In this document: piece after piece, positions 14,987-23,308 of the stretch
Layout: the number at the start of each line of letters is the position of its first letter
How positions within the stretch are numbered: the first letter of the stretch is position 1
Source: a virus
Lineage: Duplodnaviria > Caudoviricetes
Length of the DNA: 25,562 bases
Strand: one strand, 5' to 3'
IMG/VR virus record: IMGVR_UViG_3300036805_000219
Span: 1 to 25,562 of that record
The notes under the pieces: generated by a model
The model's input: only the letters and a program-made list of their open reading frames with translations
The model's database searches: none
What the model was told of the DNA's origin: nothing
Translations under genes and position numbers: made by a program

Positions 14987-15198
14987 GTGGTCACCTCCGG
15001 CAGGGGGCCGAGCTTCGCCTCGATGATCTGGATGGCGCGGGCCTCGACCTGGTCGCCGAGCTCCTCACACCGGCAGCCCGGCGTGGGGCAGTCGCCGGCG
15101 GGGTGCTCGGGGATGCCGGCCTCCGCGCACGCCTGCTTGAAGGCGTCCAGGACGATGCGCTCACGCTGGCGGTGCCGCAGCCAGTTGCACTCGTTCAT
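14983..15198 (-). CDS. Hypothetical protein, 71 aa
   Basis: MNECNWLRH...HPAGDCPTPGCRC; ATGA coupling. Confidence 0.65.
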   Translation of the reverse strand: MNECNWLRHRQRERIVLDAFKQACAEAGIPEHPAGDCPTPGCRCEELGDQVEARAIQIIEAKLGPLPEVTT

Positions 15199-15497
15199 GA
15201 CGCACCTGCCATCTCGCGCAGCGCCCGCCGCCACCTGCTGACGGTGCGGGCCGAGACGCCGAGCCTGTCCGCCGCCTGCCGCACCGAGAAGGCGAAGACG
15301 ACGTGGGCGTGCTCGGCCGCGCGCTCGGCGCGGGGTTCCCATTCGGGGCCGGGGCCGGGGCCGCTCCATCCTCTGCGGCACCAGCGGCCGGCGCACGGCT
15401 TGCAGAGCCCTGCGCCCCGGCCGGCCGACTGGAGCGGCCGGTTCCTGCCGCAGCACCAGCATTCGCCTGCCGTGTTGGGGCACGTCACCTGCGCCAT
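15195..15497 (-). CDS. Zn-finger plus HTH DNA-binding protein, ~100 aa
   Basis: CWCCG...GLCKPC and SVRQAADRLGVSARTVSRWRR. Confidence 0.75.
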   Translation of the reverse strand: MAQVTCPNTAGECWCCGRNRPLQSAGRGAGLCKPCAGRWCRRGWSGPGPGPEWEPRAERAAEHAHVVFAFSVRQAADRLGVSARTVSRWRRALREMAGAS

Positions 15498-15832
15498 CCC
15501 CTCGGCCCACCGGGGCAGCAGCAGCGCGCGGTCAGGTACCCGCACTCATCGCACCGTTCCGGCCCGGGCGGTGCGGGGCCGATCTCGGTGCCGGTGGCCA
15601 GGAGCGCGGCCGTCCGGGCCTCGGCCTGCGCCCTGGACGGGGCGCGGGGCGGCGCTGCAACGGGTTCCGCTGGGGCGCTGCGGCGTCCGCGCCGGATGCG
15701 GTCGGCGATCTCGGTGGCGGCACGGAGGGAGCAGCCGGTGCCCTGGTAGGTGTACGGCCGGGCGGGTGGGAGGCCGTTGCGGGTGGTCTGTGCCCGGTCG
15801 GGCTTGACGTAGGCGTGCTCGGTGCGGTCCAT
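15485..15832 (-). CDS. Hypothetical protein with C-terminal Cys cluster, 115 aa
   Basis: RBS GGAGG; ...RCDECGYLTARCCCPGGP. Confidence 0.6.
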   Translation of the reverse strand: MDRTEHAYVKPDRAQTTRNGLPPARPYTYQGTGCSLRAATEIADRIRRGRRSAPAEPVAAPPRAPSRAQAEARTAALLATGTEIGPAPPGPERCDECGYLTARCCCPGGPRGWRR

Positions 15833-16017
15833 CACGCCACCTCCAGCCATGCCACGGTGCGCTTGCAACCGGGGCAGGTGACCTCGGCCGGGACGCTGCT
15901 GGCGCGGTCGCGGCCGTCGTGGCCGCAGGCAAGGCTGATGTCGGCGGTGATCAGGTGGATGGGGTGCGGGCCGGGCGCGGCGGTGCGGCAGTGCGGGCAG
16001 TGTGGGCACGGCATCAC
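15832..16017 (-). CDS. Zn-finger microprotein, ~61 aa
   Basis: CPHCPHC...H...ACG...VTCPGC. Confidence 0.65.
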   Translation of the reverse strand: MMPCPHCPHCRTAAPGPHPIHLITADISLACGHDGRDRASSVPAEVTCPGCKRTVAWLEVA

Positions 16018-16925
16018 GCCACCCCCCAGACCCGCTGGAAGGTGCCGGTGTCGTCGGAGTACTGGCCGGCCACCAGGTGCGGCCAGCGTTCCTCGTCGGT
16101 CGGCGCCTGGATGGCCTCGACGGCGGCGCGCAGCCCGGCCAGCGCGTCGGTGACCGTGTCAGGCAGCGCCGGGCCGGGCTCGGGGACCGGCTCGTGGCCG
16201 TTGAGGGCGGCGCGGCCCGGGGCGGCAGGTGAGGCACCCTGGTTCTGGTCTCCAGGCGGGTCTGCCGCCCCGGGTGCCTGTGCGGGGGCCGGGCCGGTTA
16301 CCCCGGAGGGCTCCGAGCCCGGCCCCGGCGTCTGGCCCGGGGCGGAGTGCGCTTCCGCCCCGGGGTCTTGCGGCTGCCGCCAGGCCGCTCGTCCTGGCGG
16401 GCGGGGAGACAGGGAGCCAGTCAGATCGGCTCTGGCCGCCGGGCGGGGCTCAGTGGGCGCACACCCGCCATCCCTTCCCTGTGCGTCTCCCCTGATGGGA
16501 AGCAAGGTCACCAGCCCAGCAGCGGGACCGCTACCCGGGACTTCGTCCGGCACTGCCGGGCTGGCGTCTGGTGCCCCGCCGCGCCGCCAGCCCGCATGGG
16601 TCGTTACGGAGGCGCGGCGGGGGGTCTGTGGCTTGCGGTGGCTGTGACGCTCGCCGGGCTCCGGCAGGTACACGGCGGCGCCGAGCGGGGCGGGCGGCAT
16701 GAACCGGTCGTGGTGCAGCTCGGCCGACCGGGGCATCGTGGTGAAAAGCCGCTCCGTCTCGGCGTCGCGGGCGTCCAGCTCGGGGTCGTCGGTGAGCTGG
16801 AAGTACAGGCGCACGAACAGCGCCAGGACGACGATGACGGCCACGGCGCCGAAGACCCACAGCAGCGCGGGATGGTCGAGCGCCCAGCCGATGGTGAGCA
16901 TGAAGACGAACCGGGCGGTGCTCAT
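16014..16925 (-). CDS. Membrane-anchored Pro/Gly-rich protein, 303 aa
   Basis: ATG 16925 overlaps the upstream stop; TM segment LLWVFGAVAVIVVLALFV; low-complexity middle. Confidence 0.6.
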   Translation of the reverse strand: MSTARFVFMLTIGWALDHPALLWVFGAVAVIVVLALFVRLYFQLTDDPELDARDAETERLFTTMPRSAELHHDRFMPPAPLGAAVYLPEPGERHSHRKPQTPRRASVTTHAGWRRGGAPDASPAVPDEVPGSGPAAGLVTLLPIRGDAQGRDGGCAPTEPRPAARADLTGSLSPRPPGRAAWRQPQDPGAEAHSAPGQTPGPGSEPSGVTGPAPAQAPGAADPPGDQNQGASPAAPGRAALNGHEPVPEPGPALPDTVTDALAGLRAAVEAIQAPTDEERWPHLVAGQYSDDTGTFQRVWGVA

Positions 16926-17842
16926 GACCCACCGCCGGTCAGCCCGTCGAGGACTGTGGCGATCTCGGCGCGCTCGCGGTCGCCCAGCTCGCGGGCGGCT
17001 TCGAGGGCGTCCTCGTCCACCGTCTCCCTGATCGCCGCCTCCAGCTCGGACGCGAGCACGTCGGGCGGCAGCGCCTCGGCCTGCACGGTGTCGTCCATCC
17101 GCTCGCCGCGCACGTCGGTGCGCTTCTGCGGGGCGGTCGGCAGGCCGTACCGCTCGATCTGCGCCGGGGTGACGGCGACGCGGCGGAACTCCAGGTCCAT
17201 GTATGGGTCCAGCTCCGCGACGAAGGCGCCGATGTCGGCGGCGAGGGAGTCGATGATCGCGCAGCCGGACGGGTCGTAGTCGCCGGCGTGCAGGACGATC
17301 GCGGGCTTGTCCTGGTGGGCGATCCGCTCGGCCGTCTCGTACTTGTCGGTGAGCCCGTTGAATCCCCCGGCGCTGTAGGCGGTGATGCCGTACGGGTCGG
17401 CGACGGCTGCGGCCTGCGGGAGCATGCCGGACGCCTCGACCCACAGTTCGACGTGGTATTCCTGGCCGTCGCGCTCGTTGTGGGTGTAGTTCTCGGCGGA
17501 CCAGCGGACTGACCGCCAGAACGACGCCGGGCTGGGCCAGCCGACGCCGCCCTGGGAGTTGGTGCCGTCGTCGCGGATGGCCCCGAAGGGGATCAGCCGG
17601 GCGCGGCGGGCGCGGTTCAGGTACTCGCACAGCCGGGCGTACGCCTGCTCGGTCTTCTCGTACCCGTGGGCACCGACCAGCCGGTAGAAGATCTGCCGGT
17701 TCGTCAGCGGAAGCTGGGCCTGGTACTCGCGCAGCACGCCGTTGACGAGGCCGAGCAGGTCGAGGGTTTCGGCTCGCGGCGACCAGGGCGCGAAGCCCCG
17801 GACCCGGGTGGCCGTGTACGTGCGGCCGGTGACGGTGCTCAC
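16922..17842 (-). CDS. Winged-helix plus TOPRIM protein (Topo VI-A/Spo11/DUF2399-like), 306 aa
   Basis: PLTNRQIFYRLV (Tyr), ELWVEA (Glu), LHAGDYDPSG (DxD), RRVAVTPAQIERYGLP, QAEALPP. Confidence 0.85.
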   Translation of the reverse strand: MSTVTGRTYTATRVRGFAPWSPRAETLDLLGLVNGVLREYQAQLPLTNRQIFYRLVGAHGYEKTEQAYARLCEYLNRARRARLIPFGAIRDDGTNSQGGVGWPSPASFWRSVRWSAENYTHNERDGQEYHVELWVEASGMLPQAAAVADPYGITAYSAGGFNGLTDKYETAERIAHQDKPAIVLHAGDYDPSGCAIIDSLAADIGAFVAELDPYMDLEFRRVAVTPAQIERYGLPTAPQKRTDVRGERMDDTVQAEALPPDVLASELEAAIRETVDEDALEAARELGDRERAEIATVLDGLTGGGS

Positions 17843-17970
17843 TTGCCTGTCTCCTTCGCGGCCTTGGCCTCGTCGCGGCGGCGGGTGGTGCGGTAGGCCA
17901 GCCCGGCGCGGGTGATCTGCACGGTGGCCTGCGCGGCGATGAGGGCCAGCAGGACGGTGTTCTCGTTCAC
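17839..17970 (-). CDS. Small hydrophobic protein, 43 aa
   Basis: MNENTVLLALIAAQATVQITRAGLAYRTTRRRDEAKAAKETGK; GTGA overlaps at both ends. Confidence 0.6.
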   Translation of the reverse strand: MNENTVLLALIAAQATVQITRAGLAYRTTRRRDEAKAAKETGK

Positions 17971-18236
17971 GGGATCCACCGCCGTTCGGCGCCGATCGCG
18001 TCGTTCCATCCGCCGACGAGGTCGCTGGTTTCTGGCAGCTGGAGAGTGACGCCAGCGAGCGCGGTGGCGGCGGCGAGCGCGAGCGTGGCGTGCACCTGGG
18101 CAAGCGCGATCACCTCCGGCGGCGCGCCTTCCTTCACGACCGTGACCAGCGTGCTGGAGTCCTCCCTGACCGGACGGCTTGTGGTGACTTGCCGCAGGTA
18201 GCGTTCGGCTTCCTTGTAGTGCTCGGGCCCGTTCAC
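17967..18236 (-). CDS. Conserved actinophage protein, 89 aa
   Basis: MNGPEHYKEAE..L...ALAQVHATLALAAATA signature. Confidence 0.8.
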   Translation of the reverse strand: MNGPEHYKEAERYLRQVTTSRPVREDSSTLVTVVKEGAPPEVIALAQVHATLALAAATALAGVTLQLPETSDLVGGWNDAIGAERRWIP

Positions 18237-18703
18237 AGGGTCACCGCCCATCCGCGCTGCCGCGCCTCGTCCGGGCTGGCGCACACCTGGCAGACGTGCG
18301 CGAAGTCGGTGGCCTCGTGGCAGCGGTCCAGGCAGGCGTCGCAGAACAGGGCGCGGGCGGCCGGTGTCCCGTCACGCCGTGGCACGCCGGGCTGGCCGAC
18401 CGGCTTGCCGCACCGGCCGCAGGCGGCTATGACCGGCGGGCAGGCTAGCTGCCGCACGTCCCCGGCCACTTCGCCCGCGATCTGCCCGGCCGGGACCACG
18501 GGGAAGCCAGCCCCAGCCCCCCCGGTCACCTCGGGCCCGGCGTCGTCGGCCGCGAGCCGGTGGTGGGTGATGTGGGCCTGCCGCTCGGCGTTCGCGCCGG
18601 CGAACGTCTGGTGCTCGGCGCCCATCCACCCGCACGGGTGCAGGTGGCAGCGGGCGCGGAACAGCTTGTCCACCTGGACGGAGTTGGCGCGGATCTCGGT
18701 CAC
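18233..18703 (-). CDS. Multi-Zn-finger protein, 156 aa
   Basis: CHLHPCGW...H...H; CGRCG...FCDAC..CH.....H.C..C. Confidence 0.7.
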   Translation of the reverse strand: MTEIRANSVQVDKLFRARCHLHPCGWMGAEHQTFAGANAERQAHITHHRLAADDAGPEVTGGAGAGFPVVPAGQIAGEVAGDVRQLACPPVIAACGRCGKPVGQPGVPRRDGTPAARALFCDACLDRCHEATDFAHVCQVCASPDEARQRGWAVTL

Positions 18704-18966
18704 TGGGCACCGTCCAGGTGGTGCTGGTTGGCCCCGATCTGCTGCGCGGCCCACCGCCGTGCCTCGTCCTGCCCGGCCACCGTCACGTCGTCGGCCCAGC
18801 CGTCCAGGCCGGTCATCGCGTGGATGCGGATCTGGTTGGCGATCAGGCCCCGGAGCTGGCGCCAGGTGAGGTTGTGCTGCGGGAGCTGGCCGGCGGACAC
18901 GGCGTAGCGGCACAGCAGCAGCGCGGCCTGCTGGCGGGTGATGGTGACGTGGAATCTGAGCCTCAC
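18700..18966 (-). CDS. Hypothetical protein, 88 aa
   Basis: GTGA overlaps; MRLRFHVTITRQQAALLL... Confidence 0.65.
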   Translation of the reverse strand: MRLRFHVTITRQQAALLLCRYAVSAGQLPQHNLTWRQLRGLIANQIRIHAMTGLDGWADDVTVAGQDEARRWAAQQIGANQHHLDGAQ

Positions 18967-19175
18967 ACCGCACCTGCCTTGATCTCGTCCAGCCGGGCCT
19001 TGGCCACCTCGGCGCGGAACTGGGCGGCGGACAGGTACCGGGCCGGGCCGCGGTCGGTCCACCCGGCGGCCTCGATCGCGTCGCGCAGCTCGGCGACCGA
19101 GCCGTCGCGGGCCACGGGGCCGACCGCGACGACCTCGCCGGTGACGTCCTGGGCGAGGACCACGCGGCGGCTCAC
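18963..19175 (-). CDS. Hypothetical protein, 70 aa
   Basis: GTGA overlaps; MSRRVVLAQDVTGEVVAVGP... Confidence 0.65.
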   Translation of the reverse strand: MSRRVVLAQDVTGEVVAVGPVARDGSVAELRDAIEAAGWTDRGPARYLSAAQFRAEVAKARLDEIKAGAV

Positions 19176-19816
19176 ACCGCACCGGCCGGGGTGGGGTCGC
19201 CGCACGGGCTGGCCTGCGGCCAGGACTTGCAGACCTCGCGGTCGCCGTTCTCGTCCGGCGAGCCGTAGGCCATGTGGCAGCCGGTGTGGCCCTGGGCGGC
19301 CATGCAGATGTAGATGCTGCCGCCGTCCTCCTCGTACTCGGCGTAGCAGCCGTTCAGGCCGTGATCCACGGGGCTGTTGTCCGGCGCGGGCTCTGCCGGC
19401 CAGCGGGCGCACACGGCGTCGCGCTGGCCGTAGGCGACATGCCAGGCGCCGCCGTGGCCGGGGCTGGCGTTGCAGCCGTGCACCGGCACACCCGCGCCGG
19501 GCTGGACGTCGGCGCAGAACGGGCCGTCCTCCGCCGCGGGCGGCGGCAGGGGCTCACCCTGGGCGGCGGGCAGCGCGGCCGTGTACGGCGCCGGGAGCGC
19601 CACCTGCGCCAGCAGCCGGCCGGTGGACTGGATCTCGGTGCTGTCCAGCACGCCCTCAGTCAGCCGCCGGGCGGCGATGCGGACGCCCTGCATGCGGGCA
19701 CGGGCGTGCTCATAGGCGGCCTGGTCGTCGGCGCGGTGCGCCGGGCGCGGCACGTCCAGGTGGTTGTGGATGGCGGTGAGCAGGTCCCGGAGGGCTGCCT
19801 CGCGGTCGGAGCTCAT
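19172..19816 (-). CDS. Protein with two tandem Cys/His modules, 214 aa
   Basis: C-x13-C-x4-GH-x3/4-H-x-AYG...VC-x2-WP occurs twice. Confidence 0.75.
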   Translation of the reverse strand: MSSDREAALRDLLTAIHNHLDVPRPAHRADDQAAYEHARARMQGVRIAARRLTEGVLDSTEIQSTGRLLAQVALPAPYTAALPAAQGEPLPPPAAEDGPFCADVQPGAGVPVHGCNASPGHGGAWHVAYGQRDAVCARWPAEPAPDNSPVDHGLNGCYAEYEEDGGSIYICMAAQGHTGCHMAYGSPDENGDREVCKSWPQASPCGDPTPAGAV

Positions 19817-20223
19817 GCCGTCACGCCCGCGGCGTCCGGGCGCAGCAGCGAGCCGCAGTCCCACTCGACGACCTCGACCCGCTTGACGACCTTGCGGGTC
19901 ACGGCCGGGGTCACCGTCTCCTCGACCTCCCGCTCCTCGGTGCCGGTCACGCGGCGCGTGCAGACGGCCTGCCGGTTGGCGTTCAGGGCGAGAGTCAGGC
20001 CGGCGAGGCTGCCCTTCAGCTCGAAGTGCTCGCCGTCCTTGCCCCAGACGCGCTTGTTCCAGGTGCAGGGGATCGCGCGGGCGATCGCGGCAAGCTGCTC
20101 ACGCCCGTTGAAGAGGAACCAGTTGATCTCGCCGATGTGACCCTCGTGCGGCAGCGGGATCTCAGGGTTGGTTTCGAGGACGGCGGCGAGGGCGCGCAGG
20201 CCCTCGATGTAGGCGGTTCGCAT
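19813..20223 (-). CDS. Conserved actinophage protein, 136 aa
   Basis: RBS AGGAG; GLRALA..LE.NPEIPLP...R.AVC.R.V.GT...VEW.C..LL. Confidence 0.8.
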   Translation of the reverse strand: MRTAYIEGLRALAAVLETNPEIPLPHEGHIGEINWFLFNGREQLAAIARAIPCTWNKRVWGKDGEHFELKGSLAGLTLALNANRQAVCTRRVTGTEEREVEETVTPAVTRKVVKRVEVVEWDCGSLLRPDAAGVTA

Positions 20224-20247
20224 TGGTACTCTCTCCTGTTGGGTTGT

Positions 20248-20289
20248 GGGGCCGTACCAGCGCCAGGGAAGGGATGCTGGTCCGGCCCC
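20248..20289. terminator. Intergenic hairpin (terminator or leader structure)
   Basis: GGGGCCG/CGGCCCC plus ACCAGC/GCTGGT stem; followed by GGCTTTT on the + strand. Confidence 0.4.
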
Positions 20290-20294
20290 GGCTT

Positions 20295-20552
20295 TTATGC
20301 GGGGCCTATGGCCAGGAGCGCGAGCAGCACCACCGCCAGCGCCGCCGCGAGGACGAGGACGGCGGCCTTCCCGCTCGCCGGCACCGGCAGCGCGGCCCGG
20401 CACCTGTAGGAGGCGCGGAGCCGCTGCCACGGGGTGGCGGTGCGGTGCGGCGGCGGCCACGGGGTGGCGGCCCGGTGCTCGTAGGCGCGGATCATCGCCT
20501 CGATCTCGGCGTCCACGGCAGCGGTGACGGCAGGCTGCTCGGCGGTGTTCAC
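20295..20552 (-). CDS. Small membrane protein with C-terminal TM helix, 85 aa
   Basis: GTG 20552; internal duplication HRAATPW/HRTATPW; AAVLVLAAALAVVLLALLAIG. Confidence 0.6.
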   Translation of the reverse strand: MNTAEQPAVTAAVDAEIEAMIRAYEHRAATPWPPPHRTATPWQRLRASYRCRAALPVPASGKAAVLVLAAALAVVLLALLAIGPA

Positions 20553-20689
20553 GCCGCGCTCGCCGCAGGCTGCGGGGCGGTCGCCAGGATCGCGGCGACG
20601 AGGTCGGCCTGGTCCTGCGTCAGCGGGCCGAGTGCCGCAGCGGCGGCCTGCCCGGCGGCGCGGACCTCGGCCAGGGTGCGGCAGATCAT
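20549..20689 (-). CDS. 'MICRTL' microprotein copy 1, 46 aa
   Basis: MICRTLAEVRAAGQAAAAALGPLTQDQADLVAAILATAPQPAASAA; ATGA-coupled to the cro-like gene; paralog at 23597. Confidence 0.75.
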   Translation of the reverse strand: MICRTLAEVRAAGQAAAAALGPLTQDQADLVAAILATAPQPAASAA

Positions 20690-20937
20690 CCGGCATTCGC
20701 CTCCGCCGGGATCTCTTCGGCGGCAGGGACGGTGATGTAGTCGAGCGAGACCCCCAGCTCACCGGCCAGCTTCCGGACTGCGGGGCTGGTCAGGCCGGGG
20801 GTTTCGACACCGGACTCGATCCTGCAGAGGTAGCTGCCGGAGACGCCGATCCGCTCGGCGAGGACGGCCTGGAGGATGCCGAGCCGCTCGCGGCGCTCGC
20901 GAATCGCCGGGCCGTTCGTGATTCTGCTTCGTGCCAT
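20686..20937 (-). CDS. Cro-like XRE-family HTH regulator, 83 aa
   Basis: NGPAIRERRERLGILQAVLAERIGVSGSYLCRIESG; first gene of the early operon, divergent from the repressor. Confidence 0.9.
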   Translation of the reverse strand: MARSRITNGPAIRERRERLGILQAVLAERIGVSGSYLCRIESGVETPGLTSPAVRKLAGELGVSLDYITVPAAEEIPAEANAG

Positions 20938-21074
20938 GCAGCGTAAGTTAGCGAAGTTGAAGTACTCAGCACAAGTATCTCAACGAATTTGTACGTAGTT
21001 CTACGTAACGAGACAGGTCAGGAACTGAGAAACTTCGGCTTGACTTTCGTGGAGTTTCGTTCACGATGGAGGGC
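20938..21074. promoter_or_regulatory. Divergent immunity switch region
   Basis: AT-rich. Leftward TTGTGC-N18-TAACTT-N7-ATG(20937); rightward TTGACT-N16-CACGAT-N7-ATG(21075); palindrome TACGTAG-TT-CTACGTA (20992-21007). Confidence 0.7.
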
Positions 21075-21449
21075 ATGGCCGCCCCGGACCCCGTCGGCTT
21101 GAGGATCAAGCGTGCCCGCGAGCGCAAGCGGTGGACGCAGGTCCAGCTAGCCGACGCCATAGGTGTGACACAGAAGACGATCGACAACTGGGAGCACGAC
21201 CGCTCCTACCCCAAGAGCGCCATCGGCGCACTGGAGGACGTTCTTGGTGTCAGCCTCGACGGGGACGGCGCGGAGATGCGTATCGTCAGCCCGCGCGCCC
21301 GGCGCGTGCTGCGCCAGGAGCTGGACGACGAGGACTACCGCCGGGTCATCGGGCTTCTGGAGGGGACCCTAACCTGGCCTGCTGGCGAGACTCAGCCGGA
21401 GGCTGCTGCCGCAGGTGAGGCTCAAGGAGATGGGCGTCCCGCCGGCTAG
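21075..21449 (+). CDS. CI-like immunity repressor (XRE HTH), 124 aa (alternative start 21066)
   Basis: GLRIKRARERKRWTQVQLADAIGVTQKTIDNWEHDRSYP; divergent from the Cro-like gene, near the integrase. Confidence 0.88.
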   Translation: MAAPDPVGLRIKRARERKRWTQVQLADAIGVTQKTIDNWEHDRSYPKSAIGALEDVLGVSLDGDGAEMRIVSPRARRVLRQELDDEDYRRVIGLLEGTLTWPAGETQPEAAAAGEAQGDGRPAG

Positions 21450-21645
21450 CGTCCGCCAGCGCCCGGCCGAGCATCGCGATCATCTGGTCATTGGTGGCGC
21501 GTGCCGCCCGCACCGTGCTGCCCGCGACGCTCACACCCGTCAGCACCACCACCGCCCGCAATGGCAGCAGCCATACCCCGCCAATGGCCGCCACCCAGGT
21601 CAGCGGCGCGAGCCTGGAGACGATCATCTGAACGGTCGCGAGCAC
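21346..21645 (-). CDS. Putative two-TM membrane protein, 99 aa
   Basis: RBS GGAGG then GTG 21645; LTWVAAIGGVWLLPLRAVVVLTGVSVAG; 3' end overlaps the repressor convergently. Confidence 0.5.
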   Translation of the reverse strand: MLATVQMIVSRLAPLTWVAAIGGVWLLPLRAVVVLTGVSVAGSTVRAARATNDQMIAMLGRALADASRRDAHLLEPHLRQQPPAESRQQARLGSPPEAR

Positions 21646-21780
21646 AGGAGTTCCCCCCTCCAGCCGGGCGTAAGCCCCGCCAAGCACCAGACGCCCCAAA
21701 GGGCGGAATGGTTCACATACGGGAGCTTCTTTCCCTCACCTGTGAATAGCGCCCATCCTGCGATTGGTGTCACACGGCGC

Positions 21781-23298
21781 TCAGGAATGGTCACCGGGCG
21801 GCAGCAGGCGGACGGTCCCGGAGTCGAACCCGGGGCCGCGCCGGCCCGGCAGCACCACCACCGTGAAGCACGCGGCCACCAGCGACTGGCGGGTGGCCAG
21901 CGGCAGCGCGCCGAACTCGCCGCGGGTGATCCCCGCGTGCCGGGCGAGCAGCGCGGAGCGCGCGCCGCCCTCGGCCTGCTCCCGGAGCTGCTCCAGGCGG
22001 GCGTCGATGCCGTCGAGGCGTGCCATCAGCAGGTCCGCCCGCCCCTTGGTGTGGTCCCGGACCATCGCCTCGACGCGGGCCCGCTCGGCCGCGAGCGCCC
22101 GGAACTCGGCCGCCGGGCCGGGCAGGTGCGGGACCCGGCCTGCGGGGTTGCGGCGGTCGCCCAGCCGGGCCACCACCGCGGCGGCCACGTACTCGTCGAG
22201 GTGGGCGGCGTTGCGCTGCACCTTGCGGCACCCGGGCCGCACGCACCTGTACCCGGTCAGGCCGGGCGCGGGCTCCCAGTGGTGCTCCAGCCCGCAGCGG
22301 CGCCGGACGCACTGTCTCCCGTCGGCGTGGGCACGGCGCCCCTCGCCGCTGATCTGGAGCGGCGACCCGCAGCCGGGCGCGCCGCAGACGGCGACGCCGG
22401 ACAGCAGCCAGCGCCGCGCGTTGGTGGCGAAGCCGAACCCGGCCGCCTTGTCGTCGAGGACGGCGCAGACCGTCTCCCAGGTGGCCCGGTCGAGCACCGG
22501 GTCCCATGCCGCCTTGTTCTCGCCGTCCGGCATCAGCCCGGCGTAGCGCGGGCGGGCGAGCATCTTTCGGATCGTGCCGTGGGTGAACGGGCCGCCCGTG
22601 GGTGTGCGCCAGCCGCGGGCGGTGACGTCGCGGGCGATCGCCCCGGTCTTCTCGCCGGCCAGCACGCGGCGCGCCATCTCGCGGATGATGCCCACCTCGC
22701 CGAGCACTTCGCGGGTGGCGATGACGCAGCGGTCCGGCGGCGCGTGGCTGACGCCATCGGTGGCGAAACCGAACGCCCGGCCGCCGCGGCCGCCCGGCCG
22801 TACCCGGCCTTCGCGGCGCCACCGCTCGTACTGGGACTTGCGGCGGCGGGAGGTGTTGTCGGACTCCATGCACGCCTGCGCGACCAGGATGCGCAGCACG
22901 AACCGGTCGTCGGTGTTGTCGAGGTCGCGCATCCCAGTGGGGGCGGCCAGGCGGATGCCCTTGCCCTCGGCGAGGTCGATCAGGTCTTCCAGGTCGCGAG
23001 GCTGCCTGATGAGGCGGTCGCCGTGGTAGACGATGATCGAGTCCAGCCGGCCCGCTTTGACGTCGGCGAGCATCTGGTCCCAGCCGGGCCGCTTGCGGTT
23101 GCGCTGCCACGCCGAGCGGGAGTTGTCGGTGTAGACGCCATCGGCGCCGGGGTGGCCGCAGCCCGCGGCGACCTGCCAGTGGATCTGGCCGGCCAGGCCG
23201 CGGCTGATGCGGGCCTGGTCCTCGACCTTGGTCTTGTCGTGCATCGCGGCGAGGGACATGCGGGTGTAGATCCCGGCTCGCTGGCCTGCGTTCGTCAC
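21781..23298 (-). CDS. int: Large serine recombinase (phage integrase), ~505 aa
   Basis: GIYTRMS catalytic Ser, VYTDNSRSA, RPGWDQML, DRLIR, recombinase domain (ML.RPRYAG), LLSG...C..GCG...YRC...C Zn ribbon, coiled coil. GTG 23298 lies 6 nt after a TATCAT -10 box. Confidence 0.95.
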   Translation of the reverse strand: MTNAGQRAGIYTRMSLAAMHDKTKVEDQARISRGLAGQIHWQVAAGCGHPGADGVYTDNSRSAWQRNRKRPGWDQMLADVKAGRLDSIIVYHGDRLIRQPRDLEDLIDLAEGKGIRLAAPTGMRDLDNTDDRFVLRILVAQACMESDNTSRRRKSQYERWRREGRVRPGGRGGRAFGFATDGVSHAPPDRCVIATREVLGEVGIIREMARRVLAGEKTGAIARDVTARGWRTPTGGPFTHGTIRKMLARPRYAGLMPDGENKAAWDPVLDRATWETVCAVLDDKAAGFGFATNARRWLLSGVAVCGAPGCGSPLQISGEGRRAHADGRQCVRRRCGLEHHWEPAPGLTGYRCVRPGCRKVQRNAAHLDEYVAAAVVARLGDRRNPAGRVPHLPGPAAEFRALAAERARVEAMVRDHTKGRADLLMARLDGIDARLEQLREQAEGGARSALLARHAGITRGEFGALPLATRQSLVAACFTVVVLPGRRGPGFDSGTVRLLPPGDHS

Positions 23299-23308
23299 AC
23301 TGCGATGA

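Noticed and set aside
16240-16650. Possible inserted element in the Pro-rich membrane protein gene
   Set aside because: Codon usage looks atypical, but I found no terminal repeats or duplications and the frame stays open.
16922-17842. Wadjet (JetABCD) defence system
   Set aside because: Only a TOPRIM-type protein is present; no SMC or kleisin genes in the window.
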